From: Bdellovibrio sp. ZAP7
GTDB taxonomy: Bacteria; Bdellovibrionota_B; Oligoflexia; Oligoflexales; RGVZ01
DNA length: 64,000 bases
Assembly: GCA_945900755.1 (NCBI GenBank)
Contig: CAMDKS010000003.1
Location: 17,031-81,030 of the forward strand
Reading direction: 5' to 3'
Below, piece after piece: positions 27,118 to 36,684 of the stretch. Position 1 is the first letter of the stretch, and each line of letters opens with the position of its first letter. Position numbers and translations under genes: made by a program. The notes below the pieces were generated by a model, which was not told the DNA's origin, did not search any database, and worked only from the letters and a program-made list of their open reading frames with translations.

Positions 27118-27819
27118 ATGGGAATGACTGTGGCTGAGATTTCAAAAAAATCAATTGAAGAACTCAAATCTGAGGCAAAAAATGGCGACCTAAATGCGCA
27201 GTCTGCGCTTGGTCTGCTATTTGAATTAGGGTTAGAGGTTGCTCCAGATCCCAAAGAGGCGGCAAAGTATTGGGGCATGGCTGCAAAATCAGGTGATGCG
27301 ACAGCGCAGTTTTCGCTGGCTCAAATAATCTCAAAAAGTTTCGAAGATACTGACGAGAATAGAGCGATGGTCCAAGCCCTCTTCAAAAAGGCAGAAGACC
27401 AAGGAGTCGTACGTCCTGAAAAGATTATTCGAACACTTCAACAGACCAAAGGTAAAGCGATCAAAGTTTTGATCGTTGAAGACGTTGCCTCAATTAGGGT
27501 CCCTTTGCGCGCTTATTTGGAGGCCGAGGGGTGTCAGGTATTTGAAGCGGAAGATGGTCAACAGGGACTTAATATTCTCAAAAAAGACCCTTCATTCAAA
27601 TTAGTATTTAGTGAAATTAACATGAAGGTCATGGATGGTTTTGAAATGGTGAAATGCGCCAGCCTCATCGACTCAATTAAAAACATTCCCATAGTCATGC
27701 TCACCTCTGAAAATAGTGATGCTGCGGTCCTGCGAGGAAAACAGCTAGGCGTAAAAGGCTGGATTGTTAAACCTGCCAAGCCTCATCACCTGAGAAAATA
27801 TTTAGTAAAATACACTTAG
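27118..27819 (+). CDS. Sel1-repeat + receiver-domain protein with Glu at the phospho-acceptor position
   Basis: N-terminal Sel1-like repeats (GDLNAQSALGLLFELG, AAKYWGMAAKSGDATAQFSLAQ). The receiver reads VLIVEDV...LVFSEINMKVMDG...MLTSE...IVKP. Confidence 0.7.
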   Translation: MGMTVAEISKKSIEELKSEAKNGDLNAQSALGLLFELGLEVAPDPKEAAKYWGMAAKSGDATAQFSLAQIISKSFEDTDENRAMVQALFKKAEDQGVVRPEKIIRTLQQTKGKAIKVLIVEDVASIRVPLRAYLEAEGCQVFEAEDGQQGLNILKKDPSFKLVFSEINMKVMDGFEMVKCASLIDSIKNIPIVMLTSENSDAAVLRGKQLGVKGWIVKPAKPHHLRKYLVKYT

Positions 27820-27967
27820 AGTTCGGAATATTTTTCGCAAAACCAGACGCCGCTTATTTTCGATTTAGACAAGGAAGACAAAATTCGGGCCGAGGGAGTG
27901 GACACCCAAGTCCATGACCGAGGGCCGATTGAAGTCTGACGAAGTATAAAATGAAAAGAAGCAAGTA

Positions 27968-28044
27968 TGGTGGGGAAGCACAGACTCGAACTGTGGACTT
28001 CCTGCTTGTAAGGCAGGCGCTCTAACCAACTGAGCTACATCCCC
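27968..28044 (-). tRNA. tRNA-Val (anticodon TAC), CCA encoded
   Basis: Reverse complement GGGGATGTAGCTCAGTTGGTTAGAGCGCCTGCCTTACAAGCAGGAAGTCCACAGTTCGAGTCTGTGCTTCCCCACCA folds as a cloverleaf with anticodon loop CTTACAA. Confidence 0.9.
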
Positions 28045-28214
28045 TCTTGGAAGGGGACTGTTATCGCAGGGTGACGAAATTTTGTCAACCACTTACATTT
28101 AGTCTCTTCACAGGCCAGCCTTCGCCTGCTTTGTAGGCAGCCGTAGTCGCCTCCGAGCTTATTAATCACGGTCACAACATGTAGTTGCTGTGATATCCGT
28201 GAGACAAAGTCCAG

Positions 28215-28898
28215 TTACTTGGCTCGTCCATTTTTGCGAGTTTTGGCCAAATTGAAGGTAATGCCGTCTGCGCCGAATACGGCGTTAGTTTGTTTTATCA
28301 TTTTCGCTAGTTCTGCCTGAGACTGTGCCTTCATCTTTTCAAGTATGCCATTAATCGAGCGTTCGATGGCTCGAATATTGGTGCTAAGGCTTTTTGCGAT
28401 GACGGCGCTAGGTTGATTATCAGCAAACATTATCGATGTGCTGAGGTCTCGGGGACTGAGGTTTTGTAAGTCAATCCAGACCAACGCGTCTTTTTTATAC
28501 TGTCGCCAAACTTGCTCGTTCCAGTCCAAGGCTTCCCTGACTCGTAGAACTATTTCACTAAGTGAAACTGGTTTTTCAACGATATCGAAGGCGCCTGTTT
28601 TAATGACAGAGTCCGCCAAGCCATCACTTGCGAAGCCTGTTATCAAAATGGCTGGATAGATTGGTAGCCATTTTGATATTATCGTTAACGTCTCACTACC
28701 TGAATGACCAGGCATTCGTTCGTCCATCAGTATGCAGCCTCGCTGCATCGGGTCAAATACATCCAAAAATTGCTCCGCAGTCCCTGAAGATATAACAGAA
28801 TATCCCGTCTGAGTTAGCCTTTCAGCGACTTCATCTCGATAATCTGAATCATCATCAACGACGTAAACTCGGTAATCCATGGACAAAAATCGCCTCAT
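28215..28898 (-). CDS. FixJ/LuxR-type response regulator
   Basis: Receiver domain (VYVVDDD...ILMDERMPGHSG...EKP) plus a C-terminal LuxR-type HTH. The start may be the internal Met at 28880. Confidence 0.8.
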   Translation of the reverse strand: MRRFLSMDYRVYVVDDDSDYRDEVAERLTQTGYSVISSGTAEQFLDVFDPMQRGCILMDERMPGHSGSETLTIISKWLPIYPAILITGFASDGLADSVIKTGAFDIVEKPVSLSEIVLRVREALDWNEQVWRQYKKDALVWIDLQNLSPRDLSTSIMFADNQPSAVIAKSLSTNIRAIERSINGILEKMKAQSQAELAKMIKQTNAVFGADGITFNLAKTRKNGRAK

Positions 28899-29057
28899 TA
28901 TTAAGAATCCGTTACTAGCACCACTCTTCTGAGAAGTTTAGCACGATTGCCTGACAAGAACAAAACACTAGTCCCGATTGCAAAAGATGAATTTTTCCCT
29001 ATAATCATTAGACACAACCTCCGCAATAATTTGAGCTTTTTAGGGATTATTTTCACA

Positions 29058-29546
29058 ATGTCAAAACTAACTCTTATTTTAATGCGGCACGGTGAGGCCT
29101 CGATGGGCGCCGGCACGGATCATGCTCGTGCACTGACCTCCACTGGATCTGCCGAATCAAAAAAAATGGGCCTCCACGTAGGCCGTTTTGCAAAAGACTG
29201 CTGCCGAGCGATTGTCAGTGACGCAACCCGAACAAAACAAACAGCCGAGCAGGTGTTTGAACATTTTCGACCCTCTGCCGTCCATTTTGAGCCAAAACTA
29301 TACTCGGCCAACAACTCTAACGACATGGCCGAGGCCATCACTCGCCACGTCAAGCCCTCTGACAAGACCGTCTGCGTCATCGGCCACAACCCAATTTTGA
29401 GCGAGATGGCTACAACACTGTCTGGACAGAGTTACAACTTTTCACCCGCTGAATTCGTAGTATTGTCCCTCGACTCTGATAGCTGGCATACGGCTCTTCA
29501 ATCTCAAGACTGCTGGGCTCCGGTCTCCGAGGAAAAATCCATATGA
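29058..29546 (+). CDS. sixA: SixA-type phosphohistidine phosphatase
   Basis: LILMRHGEA (RHG motif) and VIGHNP. ORF trimmed to the ATG at 29058. Confidence 0.75.
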   Translation: MSKLTLILMRHGEASMGAGTDHARALTSTGSAESKKMGLHVGRFAKDCCRAIVSDATRTKQTAEQVFEHFRPSAVHFEPKLYSANNSNDMAEAITRHVKPSDKTVCVIGHNPILSEMATTLSGQSYNFSPAEFVVLSLDSDSWHTALQSQDCWAPVSEEKSI

Positions 29547-29613
29547 ATGCATACCACAGCGGCACAGCCTATCGCTACGACATGAGCTTACCTAAATTAT
29601 TAAATGCGGTCTC

Positions 29614-31080
29614 TTAGACGACCGTTTTTTTAAAGCCTGTGCCTGCCGCTAACTTTTGCGCACAATCTCTAAATCGAAAGCGCGTCATTTCTCGACCGAT
29701 GAGCTCCATACTTTCAAACAACGGAGGAGAATCTTTTCTCCCAGTCGCAACCATTCTCAGCGTCATAAAAATATCCTTAGGCTTCCAGCCGAGCTCGTCC
29801 TTGTAGGCCTCAACGACAGCCTTGATACGCTCGTGCTCCCATTCATATAGATCATCCAATTTTTCCACTAACCCAGTCAACATCCCCATGATGTCAGCCT
29901 CTGTTTTTCCTTTTGGTATGATCTCGACCTCCGAATAGTCAAGGGCTCCATTAAAGAAGAACATATTGTTGCCGACAAACTGCTCGAAGCGCGTCATACG
30001 TTCGAGCACAAATGGTTTTAGGGCTTTAAGGTACTCGGTGGAAAATATTTCGTTGCGTACGTAATCAACGAATTTGGACTCGCTCATTTTGTGCATATAA
30101 TGCGAATTCATCCAAGTTAATTTTACCGTATCAAAAACTGGTCCACCAAGGTGAATGTCTTTAAATTCAAACTTCGCCATCATTTCTTCGACCGTGAAAA
30201 ATTCGACATCGTTGCCGAAATTCCATCCCATGTTGCCAAGAAAATTAAGGAGCGCCTCTGGTAAAATTCCGGCACGCTGATAGTAAGTTAATGCGACTGG
30301 ATTTTTCCGCTTTGAAATTTTTGATTTGTCTGCATTTCGAAGCAACGGCAAATGGGCGAATTTAGGACGTTCCCAACCAAACGCTTCGTATAAGGCGACG
30401 TGCTTGGGCGTCGAATTGATCCATTCTTCTGCACGAATAACATGTGATATTTTCATTAAGTGATCGTCCACCACGTTCGCCAAATGGTAGGTCGGGTAGC
30501 CGTCACTCTTAAGAAGCACTTGATCATCCATGCGACTGTTTTCAATTTCAACCACACCGCGAATTTCATCCACAAAACTAGTCACCCCTGATGTTGGCAT
30601 TTTAAGGCGCACCACATGAGGAATATTTTTGTCAAGATTGGCACTAACCTCGCCACTAGTTAGGTCTCGACAATGCCGGTCGTAGGCGGTGGTGACACCG
30701 GCCTCCCGTTGTTTTGCGCGAACGCCGTCAAGTCGCTCTGACGTACAAAAACAGTGATAGGCACTCTTCGACTTTAGCAGCAAGTCCGTGTGTTCTCGGT
30801 AAATAGCCGTACGTTCACTTTGACGATAGGGACCGCACGAACTGGCTTTATCTGGACCCTCGTCCCACTCGATACCCAGCCAACGCAGGCTTTTCATAAT
30901 CATGGCCTCAGAGCTTGATTTCGCTCGGACTTGATCGGTGTCCTCGATTCTCAGGAGGAAGTCTCCACCATGTTTTTTGGCAAAAACGTAGTTAAATAGA
31001 GCAACATACGCCGTCCCAACGTGGGGATCTCCGGTCGGGGATGGAGCGATACGGACTCGCACTTTCTTAAAATAACTCAT
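29614..31080 (-). CDS. gltX: glutamate--tRNA ligase
   Basis: RIAPSPTGDPHVGTA (HIGH region) and KISKR (KMSKS region). Confidence 0.9.
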   Translation of the reverse strand: MSYFKKVRVRIAPSPTGDPHVGTAYVALFNYVFAKKHGGDFLLRIEDTDQVRAKSSSEAMIMKSLRWLGIEWDEGPDKASSCGPYRQSERTAIYREHTDLLLKSKSAYHCFCTSERLDGVRAKQREAGVTTAYDRHCRDLTSGEVSANLDKNIPHVVRLKMPTSGVTSFVDEIRGVVEIENSRMDDQVLLKSDGYPTYHLANVVDDHLMKISHVIRAEEWINSTPKHVALYEAFGWERPKFAHLPLLRNADKSKISKRKNPVALTYYQRAGILPEALLNFLGNMGWNFGNDVEFFTVEEMMAKFEFKDIHLGGPVFDTVKLTWMNSHYMHKMSESKFVDYVRNEIFSTEYLKALKPFVLERMTRFEQFVGNNMFFFNGALDYSEVEIIPKGKTEADIMGMLTGLVEKLDDLYEWEHERIKAVVEAYKDELGWKPKDIFMTLRMVATGRKDSPPLFESMELIGREMTRFRFRDCAQKLAAGTGFKKTVV

Positions 31081-31217
31081 AACTCTTAACCTTCACATAG
31101 TAAGTCTTGAAATCTTCTCAGACCCATTGTATACAAACGACGCTTTAGTCTTTTAATCCACAGCTCCGGAAAACAATTCGGTAGCAATGACATAGCAGAG
31201 ACAAGGAATTCTTTCAA

Positions 31218-32198
31218 ATGAACGGTCTAAATTCTCAAAATAATTCGACAACGACCCCAGATGGCTACCCATTTTCTGAGGAAACAGCCGTAAATGACCG
31301 TGTAAGCACCTTATTTGTGCGAGATGTGGGTAAAATTGACTGCGCGATGTTTGATCCTAGCTTTGGAATCATTGGCCAAAGCTGGTATGTCGATGTTTGG
31401 CTTACAGGAAGCCTCGATGATAACGGATTTGTATTTGATTTCAGCCCTTTAAAAGCACTAATTCGCCACACCCTAGCGACCACGTTGGACCACGCCCTGA
31501 TTATACCCGTGGGAAGCCAATGCGTCCAATATACGGAATTGGATCAAGGGGAACGTTGGACCTTAAAAAGTAAGGCTCGGGGCGATCTGGCGGAATCTCG
31601 TTGGGATTATATCTCGGCCAAGGGCTCTGTTTTCCCAATCCATACCATTGCCCTCAAGACCGCAAATATCGAACAAGAATTTGCTCGCATCATTCGACAC
31701 CGCCTCCCTCCGTCAGTGCACCAATTGGTAGTTAAACTACGCGAAGAGGCTATTGCACCAACTGAGGCTAGCTATCGGTATACCCATGGAATCACTGGCC
31801 ACAACGGGCTTTGCCAGCGATTATTCCACGGCCACCGAAGCCGAATCGAAATTTTTATTGGAGACGAACGCCGGCCAGATCTTGAGCACTATGTCGTACG
31901 AGAAGTATTTGCGACGAATGTCCACATTGCCACTCTAAACCAGATTAAATCTGGGCACGGAGACGTAGGAACTCGTGGAAAAACCAGTGAGCCGATAACC
32001 TTAGCTTACACAGGATCTCTTGGTACGTTTGAAGCAACGCTGCCTGCTAACCGAGTCTTCTTTGTTGAGGGCGAAACAAGCGTCGAGGCTTTAGCTCGCG
32101 AAGTAGCACTCTTAATTAAACGAGAAGAGCAAACCAACGAAAAAATTCGAGTGGTTTGCTACGAAGGTATCGATAAGGGCGCTGAATTCACGGTCTAA
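31218..32198 (+). CDS. tandem T-fold protein of the 6-pyruvoyl-tetrahydropterin synthase / QueD family
   Basis: The N-terminal half has GFVFDFSPLK...LDHALI but GQS in place of the HGH zinc ligands. The C-terminal half retains CQRLFHGHRSRIEIFIG. Confidence 0.5.
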   Translation: MNGLNSQNNSTTTPDGYPFSEETAVNDRVSTLFVRDVGKIDCAMFDPSFGIIGQSWYVDVWLTGSLDDNGFVFDFSPLKALIRHTLATTLDHALIIPVGSQCVQYTELDQGERWTLKSKARGDLAESRWDYISAKGSVFPIHTIALKTANIEQEFARIIRHRLPPSVHQLVVKLREEAIAPTEASYRYTHGITGHNGLCQRLFHGHRSRIEIFIGDERRPDLEHYVVREVFATNVHIATLNQIKSGHGDVGTRGKTSEPITLAYTGSLGTFEATLPANRVFFVEGETSVEALAREVALLIKREEQTNEKIRVVCYEGIDKGAEFTV

Positions 32199-32220
32199 AT
32201 CAGACTGATTCGGCCCATGA

Positions 32221-33075
32221 TTACATTCCCACGGAAATCTTTGCAAGATAGGACCCTTGGGCGTCTCCAGTTCTTTTTGATTCAATCGACACGTCACACA
32301 GAGCTGGAATTATCTGCACTTTCAATCCAACGCTTCTAGATTTTCGAAACAAGACGCGACTGACCGTATCTTCATATTCTCCATTTAAAGACATAACCGA
32401 GCCAAAACCAGCACCTGATCGCACCTCGATTTGATGACGACCCGCACCCATGGTTCCATAAAGAGTCAGTATTCTCAGGAAGCCATAGCTTGCGACCCCT
32501 TCCATCGTGACGCTTGAGGCATCAGTGGTCGCTAGCCCCAGTACCCGATTGTAGCCGCCGCGAACCGCAAAGGCAGGCATGGCAAATCCCTCGTAAATGG
32601 TCCATTGCATATAACCGGATGCGAGTGTGGCTTTACTAAATGCATCTTTACCGAAGCCTCCTCCCACATCGATAGATCCAGGAAGGCCTTTATGGATTTG
32701 AAAACGAGGAATGACCACCTGTGTTAAGGGTGCTGTCTGACTTTGGCTCACAGGTTGATTCGCCCCGCGCCAATGCTCACGCATAACATCGGAATTTGTG
32801 GGCGCACTATAACCAGCAAGCCCTACCCCCACACCAAAGCCAATGGTGCCATGACTCCCGCCATGCTCAAGAGGAGAGTAATCGTTGGCGCGAGCCAAGA
32901 ATTCAAAATATTCATCCGTTGCCGCAGCATCAATTGAGGCGAAGCCTGAGCCTGCGTTGGATAAAATCAAAGGCAGCGCCATTAAAGCAACACCCGTTAG
33001 ATTCGTTAATTGAGTCAAATATGTATTCAAAGTGCCGCTTTTCAATTTGTAACTAGACCAAAGCCTGCAAATCAT
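32221..33075 (-). CDS. hypothetical secreted / outer-membrane-like protein
   Basis: Signal-like ALMALPLILSNAGSGFA and Gly/aromatic-rich alternating segments. No family recognised. Confidence 0.35.
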   Translation of the reverse strand: MICRLWSSYKLKSGTLNTYLTQLTNLTGVALMALPLILSNAGSGFASIDAAATDEYFEFLARANDYSPLEHGGSHGTIGFGVGVGLAGYSAPTNSDVMREHWRGANQPVSQSQTAPLTQVVIPRFQIHKGLPGSIDVGGGFGKDAFSKATLASGYMQWTIYEGFAMPAFAVRGGYNRVLGLATTDASSVTMEGVASYGFLRILTLYGTMGAGRHQIEVRSGAGFGSVMSLNGEYEDTVSRVLFRKSRSVGLKVQIIPALCDVSIESKRTGDAQGSYLAKISVGM

Positions 33076-33129
33076 GTTTTATCTCCTTGAATTTGAACTC
33101 GACGAAACCAGTGAAACTGGAGGCGCCCA

Positions 33130-33753
33130 TTGAAGATTGCGTTCATTGATCATTATGACAGCTTTAGCTACAATGTACTAGACTGGCTGCAACGTGCGGC
33201 CGGCGTTTCGCTCGAAATTACGCACCTCACCTGTGACAACGAAATCGCTTTGTCTCGTCTCAAAAATAACCCAATTCCTACAGTGATCTCACCTGGTCCA
33301 GGCACACCTACAGACTATCCACTTACTCTCGATGTGCTGAAAAGCATTTATCAAAAAGTTCCCGTATTGGGAATTTGTTTAGGACATCAAATGCTTGGCC
33401 TTCTCGCCGGCCACTCCATCGCCAAAGCCCAAGATCCTTGGCACGGAACCAGCGAAGAAATCCATGTTCATCAAAAAAATTGGCTTACAGCAGGGCTACC
33501 TGCTAGTTTTCGGGCGACGGTTTACCATTCGTTAGTCGTAAAATTAAATGTCCCTCAGACCGACCCTTTGCTAACACCGCCCCATGAACAGTGGCTTCCC
33601 CTTGCTTTTGACTCAAAAAAGCAACTCATGATCTTATCTCATCGTGAGTTGCCAGTCGCCTCAGTCCAGTTTCATCCGGAATCCTTCGGCTCACAGTCGT
33701 TAGAAATATTAGCCAGAAATTTTATCGACAAAACAGCAGACTCTCTAAAATAA
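33130..33753 (+). CDS. glutamine amidotransferase component II of anthranilate / aminodeoxychorismate synthase (TrpG/PabA)
   Basis: GICLGHQ (catalytic Cys) and VQFHPES. TTG start. Confidence 0.85.
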   Translation: MKIAFIDHYDSFSYNVLDWLQRAAGVSLEITHLTCDNEIALSRLKNNPIPTVISPGPGTPTDYPLTLDVLKSIYQKVPVLGICLGHQMLGLLAGHSIAKAQDPWHGTSEEIHVHQKNWLTAGLPASFRATVYHSLVVKLNVPQTDPLLTPPHEQWLPLAFDSKKQLMILSHRELPVASVQFHPESFGSQSLEILARNFIDKTADSLK

Positions 33754-33782
33754 AAAATCTTTGGACGCAGGCACCAGCGCCA

Positions 33783-34310
33783 TCAGTTCACCGACGCCTC
33801 CACTCCTGCCACAATCCAATCTTCAACAGATAATTTTGACTTAGACGCAGCTAGTACCGCTTTCTTCATGAGTTCCTGCGATAACATTAGATGCACGACC
33901 CTTGGCGACGGCACAGATGCTGAATCATAAATAAAATCAGAGCCTTTTTGAAGCAATTCAGACAAACCGTTTATGAAGTCTTTTCGGTTCAATGGTTTTC
34001 TCAGGCAAGCATTGGCTCCGACCTTCCACGCCTGCTCAAGCATGTATTCATCAGCATGCCCAGTAACGACGACAACTGGTATCTTTAGCTGCCTAATCCT
34101 AATCTCCCTAAGAAATTCTATGCCATTCTTATTTGGCATCGCAATATCAGTCACAATCAAATCAGGTTTTTGTTTCAGCACCAGCTCTAACGCTTTATCC
34201 ACTGATTCGGCAGAAATAACCTTCACGTCGAGATCACTCATCTTAATATAGTCGACCATCACCTCAATGATGCCAGGCTCATCGTCCACAATCAAAATTT
34301 TCTTAGCCAA
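33783..34310 (-). CDS. single-domain response regulator with a short C-terminal extension
   Basis: ILIVDDEPG...LIVTDIAMPNKNG...VVTGH...RKP. Confidence 0.8.
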   Translation of the reverse strand: MAKKILIVDDEPGIIEVMVDYIKMSDLDVKVISAESVDKALELVLKQKPDLIVTDIAMPNKNGIEFLREIRIRQLKIPVVVVTGHADEYMLEQAWKVGANACLRKPLNRKDFINGLSELLQKGSDFIYDSASVPSPRVVHLMLSQELMKKAVLAASKSKLSVEDWIVAGVEASVN

Positions 34311-34361
34311 AATAAACCCCCAAATATTCCATTAAATGCAACCTAGCGTTCTCATATTAAT

Positions 34362-35426
34362 TTACTGAGCACAGGCGTCCATCAAAATTTTCACAATCCG
34401 ATTGGGCACCATCTCAATGGAAGCCGACGACTGTTTGCGAGACATATCTGCACCTGCACGACTTAATTTTTCAATCGCTTCCAATAGTCCATTTCCAGTC
34501 ATCGTCGTTTCACTAAGGATCTGGGCCCAACCATTGGTCGCAAAACTCTTCGCATTCAAGACCTGATCTCCCCGACTGCCTAACTCCAACGGGATCAGAA
34601 GCATCGGCTTTTCTAGTGCGAGCAGTTCAAAAATACTATTGGCTCCAGCTCGGCTTACTACAATTTTAGCTGCTGCAAATATATCCTTCAGCTCCTCTCC
34701 AACAAATTCAAAAGCACGGTAGCCTGGATGCGAGTAACCGATAGATTTACCTTTTCCTGTCAAATGTACCACATCCCATGAAGCCACCAACTTCGGAAGA
34801 ATTTCCTTTAAGGAGTCATTAATTCGCTGAGCACCCTGACTGCCGCCCATGACCAATAGAATCGGCTTGTCACCTTCAAAGCCACACAAATCTAGTCCTC
34901 GTTTAGCATTTCCCTCAAACAATTCCTTTCGAACGGGCGTTCCTACATGCATAGCCTTATGGGGTGGCAATGAGCTCGCTGTTTCGGGAAACGTGTACAA
35001 AATTTTTCGAGCAAATAGGGCAATGATTCGGTTCGCAAGTCCTGGCGAATAATCCGACTCATGAGTCACCACGGGTATTCGACAAAGCCAAGCGCCGAGT
35101 GTGACCGGCACAGCCACAAATCCACCCTTACTAAACACGATTTTGGGTCTTAGTTTTAGCATAATTAAAATCGCCTGAAAAAAACCTGCGGCCAAGCGAA
35201 ATAGATCAAAGAAATTTTGGAGGCTAAAGTATCGCCGAAGCTTCCCAGTAGAAATCTGATGAAAGGGAATTCCCGCCTTCGTGATTAACTCTTTTTCAAT
35301 TCCGCCTGAGCCCACATAGTGAACCTCAAAACCAGAGCGCTTCAGTTGGTCAAGTATCGCCAAATTAGGCATTACATGACCCGCTGTCCCCCCTCCAGTC
35401 AATACGATTATGGGTGCTGCACTCAC
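34362..35426 (-). CDS. murG: undecaprenyldiphospho-muramoylpentapeptide beta-N-acetylglucosaminyltransferase
   Basis: LTGGGTAGHVMPNLA N-terminal motif and a GT28 C-terminal domain (GGSQGA...RAGANSIFEL). GTG start overlaps the upstream stop (GTGA). Confidence 0.9.
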   Translation of the reverse strand: MSAAPIIVLTGGGTAGHVMPNLAILDQLKRSGFEVHYVGSGGIEKELITKAGIPFHQISTGKLRRYFSLQNFFDLFRLAAGFFQAILIMLKLRPKIVFSKGGFVAVPVTLGAWLCRIPVVTHESDYSPGLANRIIALFARKILYTFPETASSLPPHKAMHVGTPVRKELFEGNAKRGLDLCGFEGDKPILLVMGGSQGAQRINDSLKEILPKLVASWDVVHLTGKGKSIGYSHPGYRAFEFVGEELKDIFAAAKIVVSRAGANSIFELLALEKPMLLIPLELGSRGDQVLNAKSFATNGWAQILSETTMTGNGLLEAIEKLSRAGADMSRKQSSASIEMVPNRIVKILMDACAQ

Positions 35427-35971
35427 GGCGAACCACTCTTTAGCATTGACACGCCTTCGAGGAGACTTGGTAGTTGCAGGTCCAAAGGATAATGCCTTTG
35501 AATCGCTGCGATGATTTCACTATGCTCCCCAATAAAGGGCTCAACCGTTTTTCCGGTAAGAATCTCAAGATTGCGAATGGTATTAGGATCCGAAGGATCC
35601 GCAAAAACAACATGAAGCCGTTGAGCCTCAGTCAATTCAAACGGAAAAACCGCCATATCCAAGGCTAAACTAAAGGGAATCAAGGCCAAAATTTCTTTGG
35701 GTACACTCATTATTTTCACACGGGTCAATCGGGGAAATCCAAGTTTATCTGCAAGAATTTCAGCAATTTGACTTTCGTTAGCCATATGTGTTTCAGTCAA
35801 TGCCTTGAAATTTGAAATTCCCCATTTCGCTGCAAAGCCCGCAACAATCTTTTGCATCGACGGCGATAAAATCCCACGCGAGCGCAAAATATCAAAAATA
35901 TTTGAACTATTTTCTATATTTTCCGTAGTGGTCATTAATTCCCTCATCCCAAGTGACAAACTATTCAACAA
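35423..35971 (-). CDS. stand-alone T2SS/T4P ATPase N-terminal (GspE_N / MshEN-like) domain protein
   Basis: ILADKLGFPRL...ILALIPFSLALDMAVFPFELTEAQRLHVVFADPSDPNTIRNLEILTGKTVEPFIGEHSEIIAAIQRHY follows the T2SSE_N pattern. There is no ATPase domain. Confidence 0.65.
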   Translation of the reverse strand: MLNSLSLGMRELMTTTENIENSSNIFDILRSRGILSPSMQKIVAGFAAKWGISNFKALTETHMANESQIAEILADKLGFPRLTRVKIMSVPKEILALIPFSLALDMAVFPFELTEAQRLHVVFADPSDPNTIRNLEILTGKTVEPFIGEHSEIIAAIQRHYPLDLQLPSLLEGVSMLKSGSP

Positions 35972-36647
35972 TCGTCCACTTAGCCCTGTATTCTTTTACC
36001 CCGGATATCGTCATCGTGACTGAACCGTTGGCTTCCAGTCGCTCGATCATTATTTTTCGTCGAAAAAATCCAAATATCCCCCCCCATTCTAACATGACTC
36101 GACTTTTAATGTCACCACTGTGAAAGGTCCCACCACTGTTCGCAAGCTCCACATTCACAACGATTTTACGCAGCCTATCGCTGCCCGTTAACTCCATGCC
36201 TGCGGAAGAGCTAACTTTAGCATCGAGTGTATTCAACCAGCTTGCAGGCCAAACACCCGTAAGGACGCATCCGACCTCATCTGATTTGAGGGGAATCTCG
36301 TAGCCACCGACTTCAATAACTCCTTGAGCATTCTCTACGATACTAACGCCCTCAGAGCCCAAGACACTCCACGAACTTCCTTTTCGGCTAACTTGAAACA
36401 TCGTATCGCCGAGAGGCGAGTTAAACTGAATGTCTGCGCGCTCATGAGTGGGGAACGACCAAACCATCGTCGCGGAAAAAAAATTAACTCCTGCGTTGGC
36501 CATCGTCAGCGTGGCTTCGCGGTCCAGGGGCGCACAAGCCATAAACATAGGCTGATAAATCACGGGAATTGACACGCTTTCCGTAGGGCGATGTAGGGTC
36601 ACACAAGAGTTTAGCAACAACTGACCGCTCACCATTAGGCCTGCCAT
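35961..36647 (-). CDS. lipoprotein, possibly LolB-like
   Basis: ORF trimmed to MAGLMVSGQLLLNSC (lipobox). About 228 aa and beta-rich. The LolB assignment is tentative, based on size and context only. Confidence 0.35.
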   Translation of the reverse strand: MAGLMVSGQLLLNSCVTLHRPTESVSIPVIYQPMFMACAPLDREATLTMANAGVNFFSATMVWSFPTHERADIQFNSPLGDTMFQVSRKGSSWSVLGSEGVSIVENAQGVIEVGGYEIPLKSDEVGCVLTGVWPASWLNTLDAKVSSSAGMELTGSDRLRKIVVNVELANSGGTFHSGDIKSRVMLEWGGIFGFFRRKIMIERLEANGSVTMTISGVKEYRAKWTIVE

Positions 36648-36684
36648 TATATTAATTTTGGAATTAAAATGACCGCCGAGCAAT

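Noticed and set aside
27865-28092. 75-aa ORF overlapping tRNA-Val(TAC), and a duplicated CCGAGGG motif at 27881..27925.
   Set aside because: The ORF is simply the tRNA read as protein. The 7-nt direct repeat is too short, and I found no integrase or att-like longer match to the tRNA 3' end.
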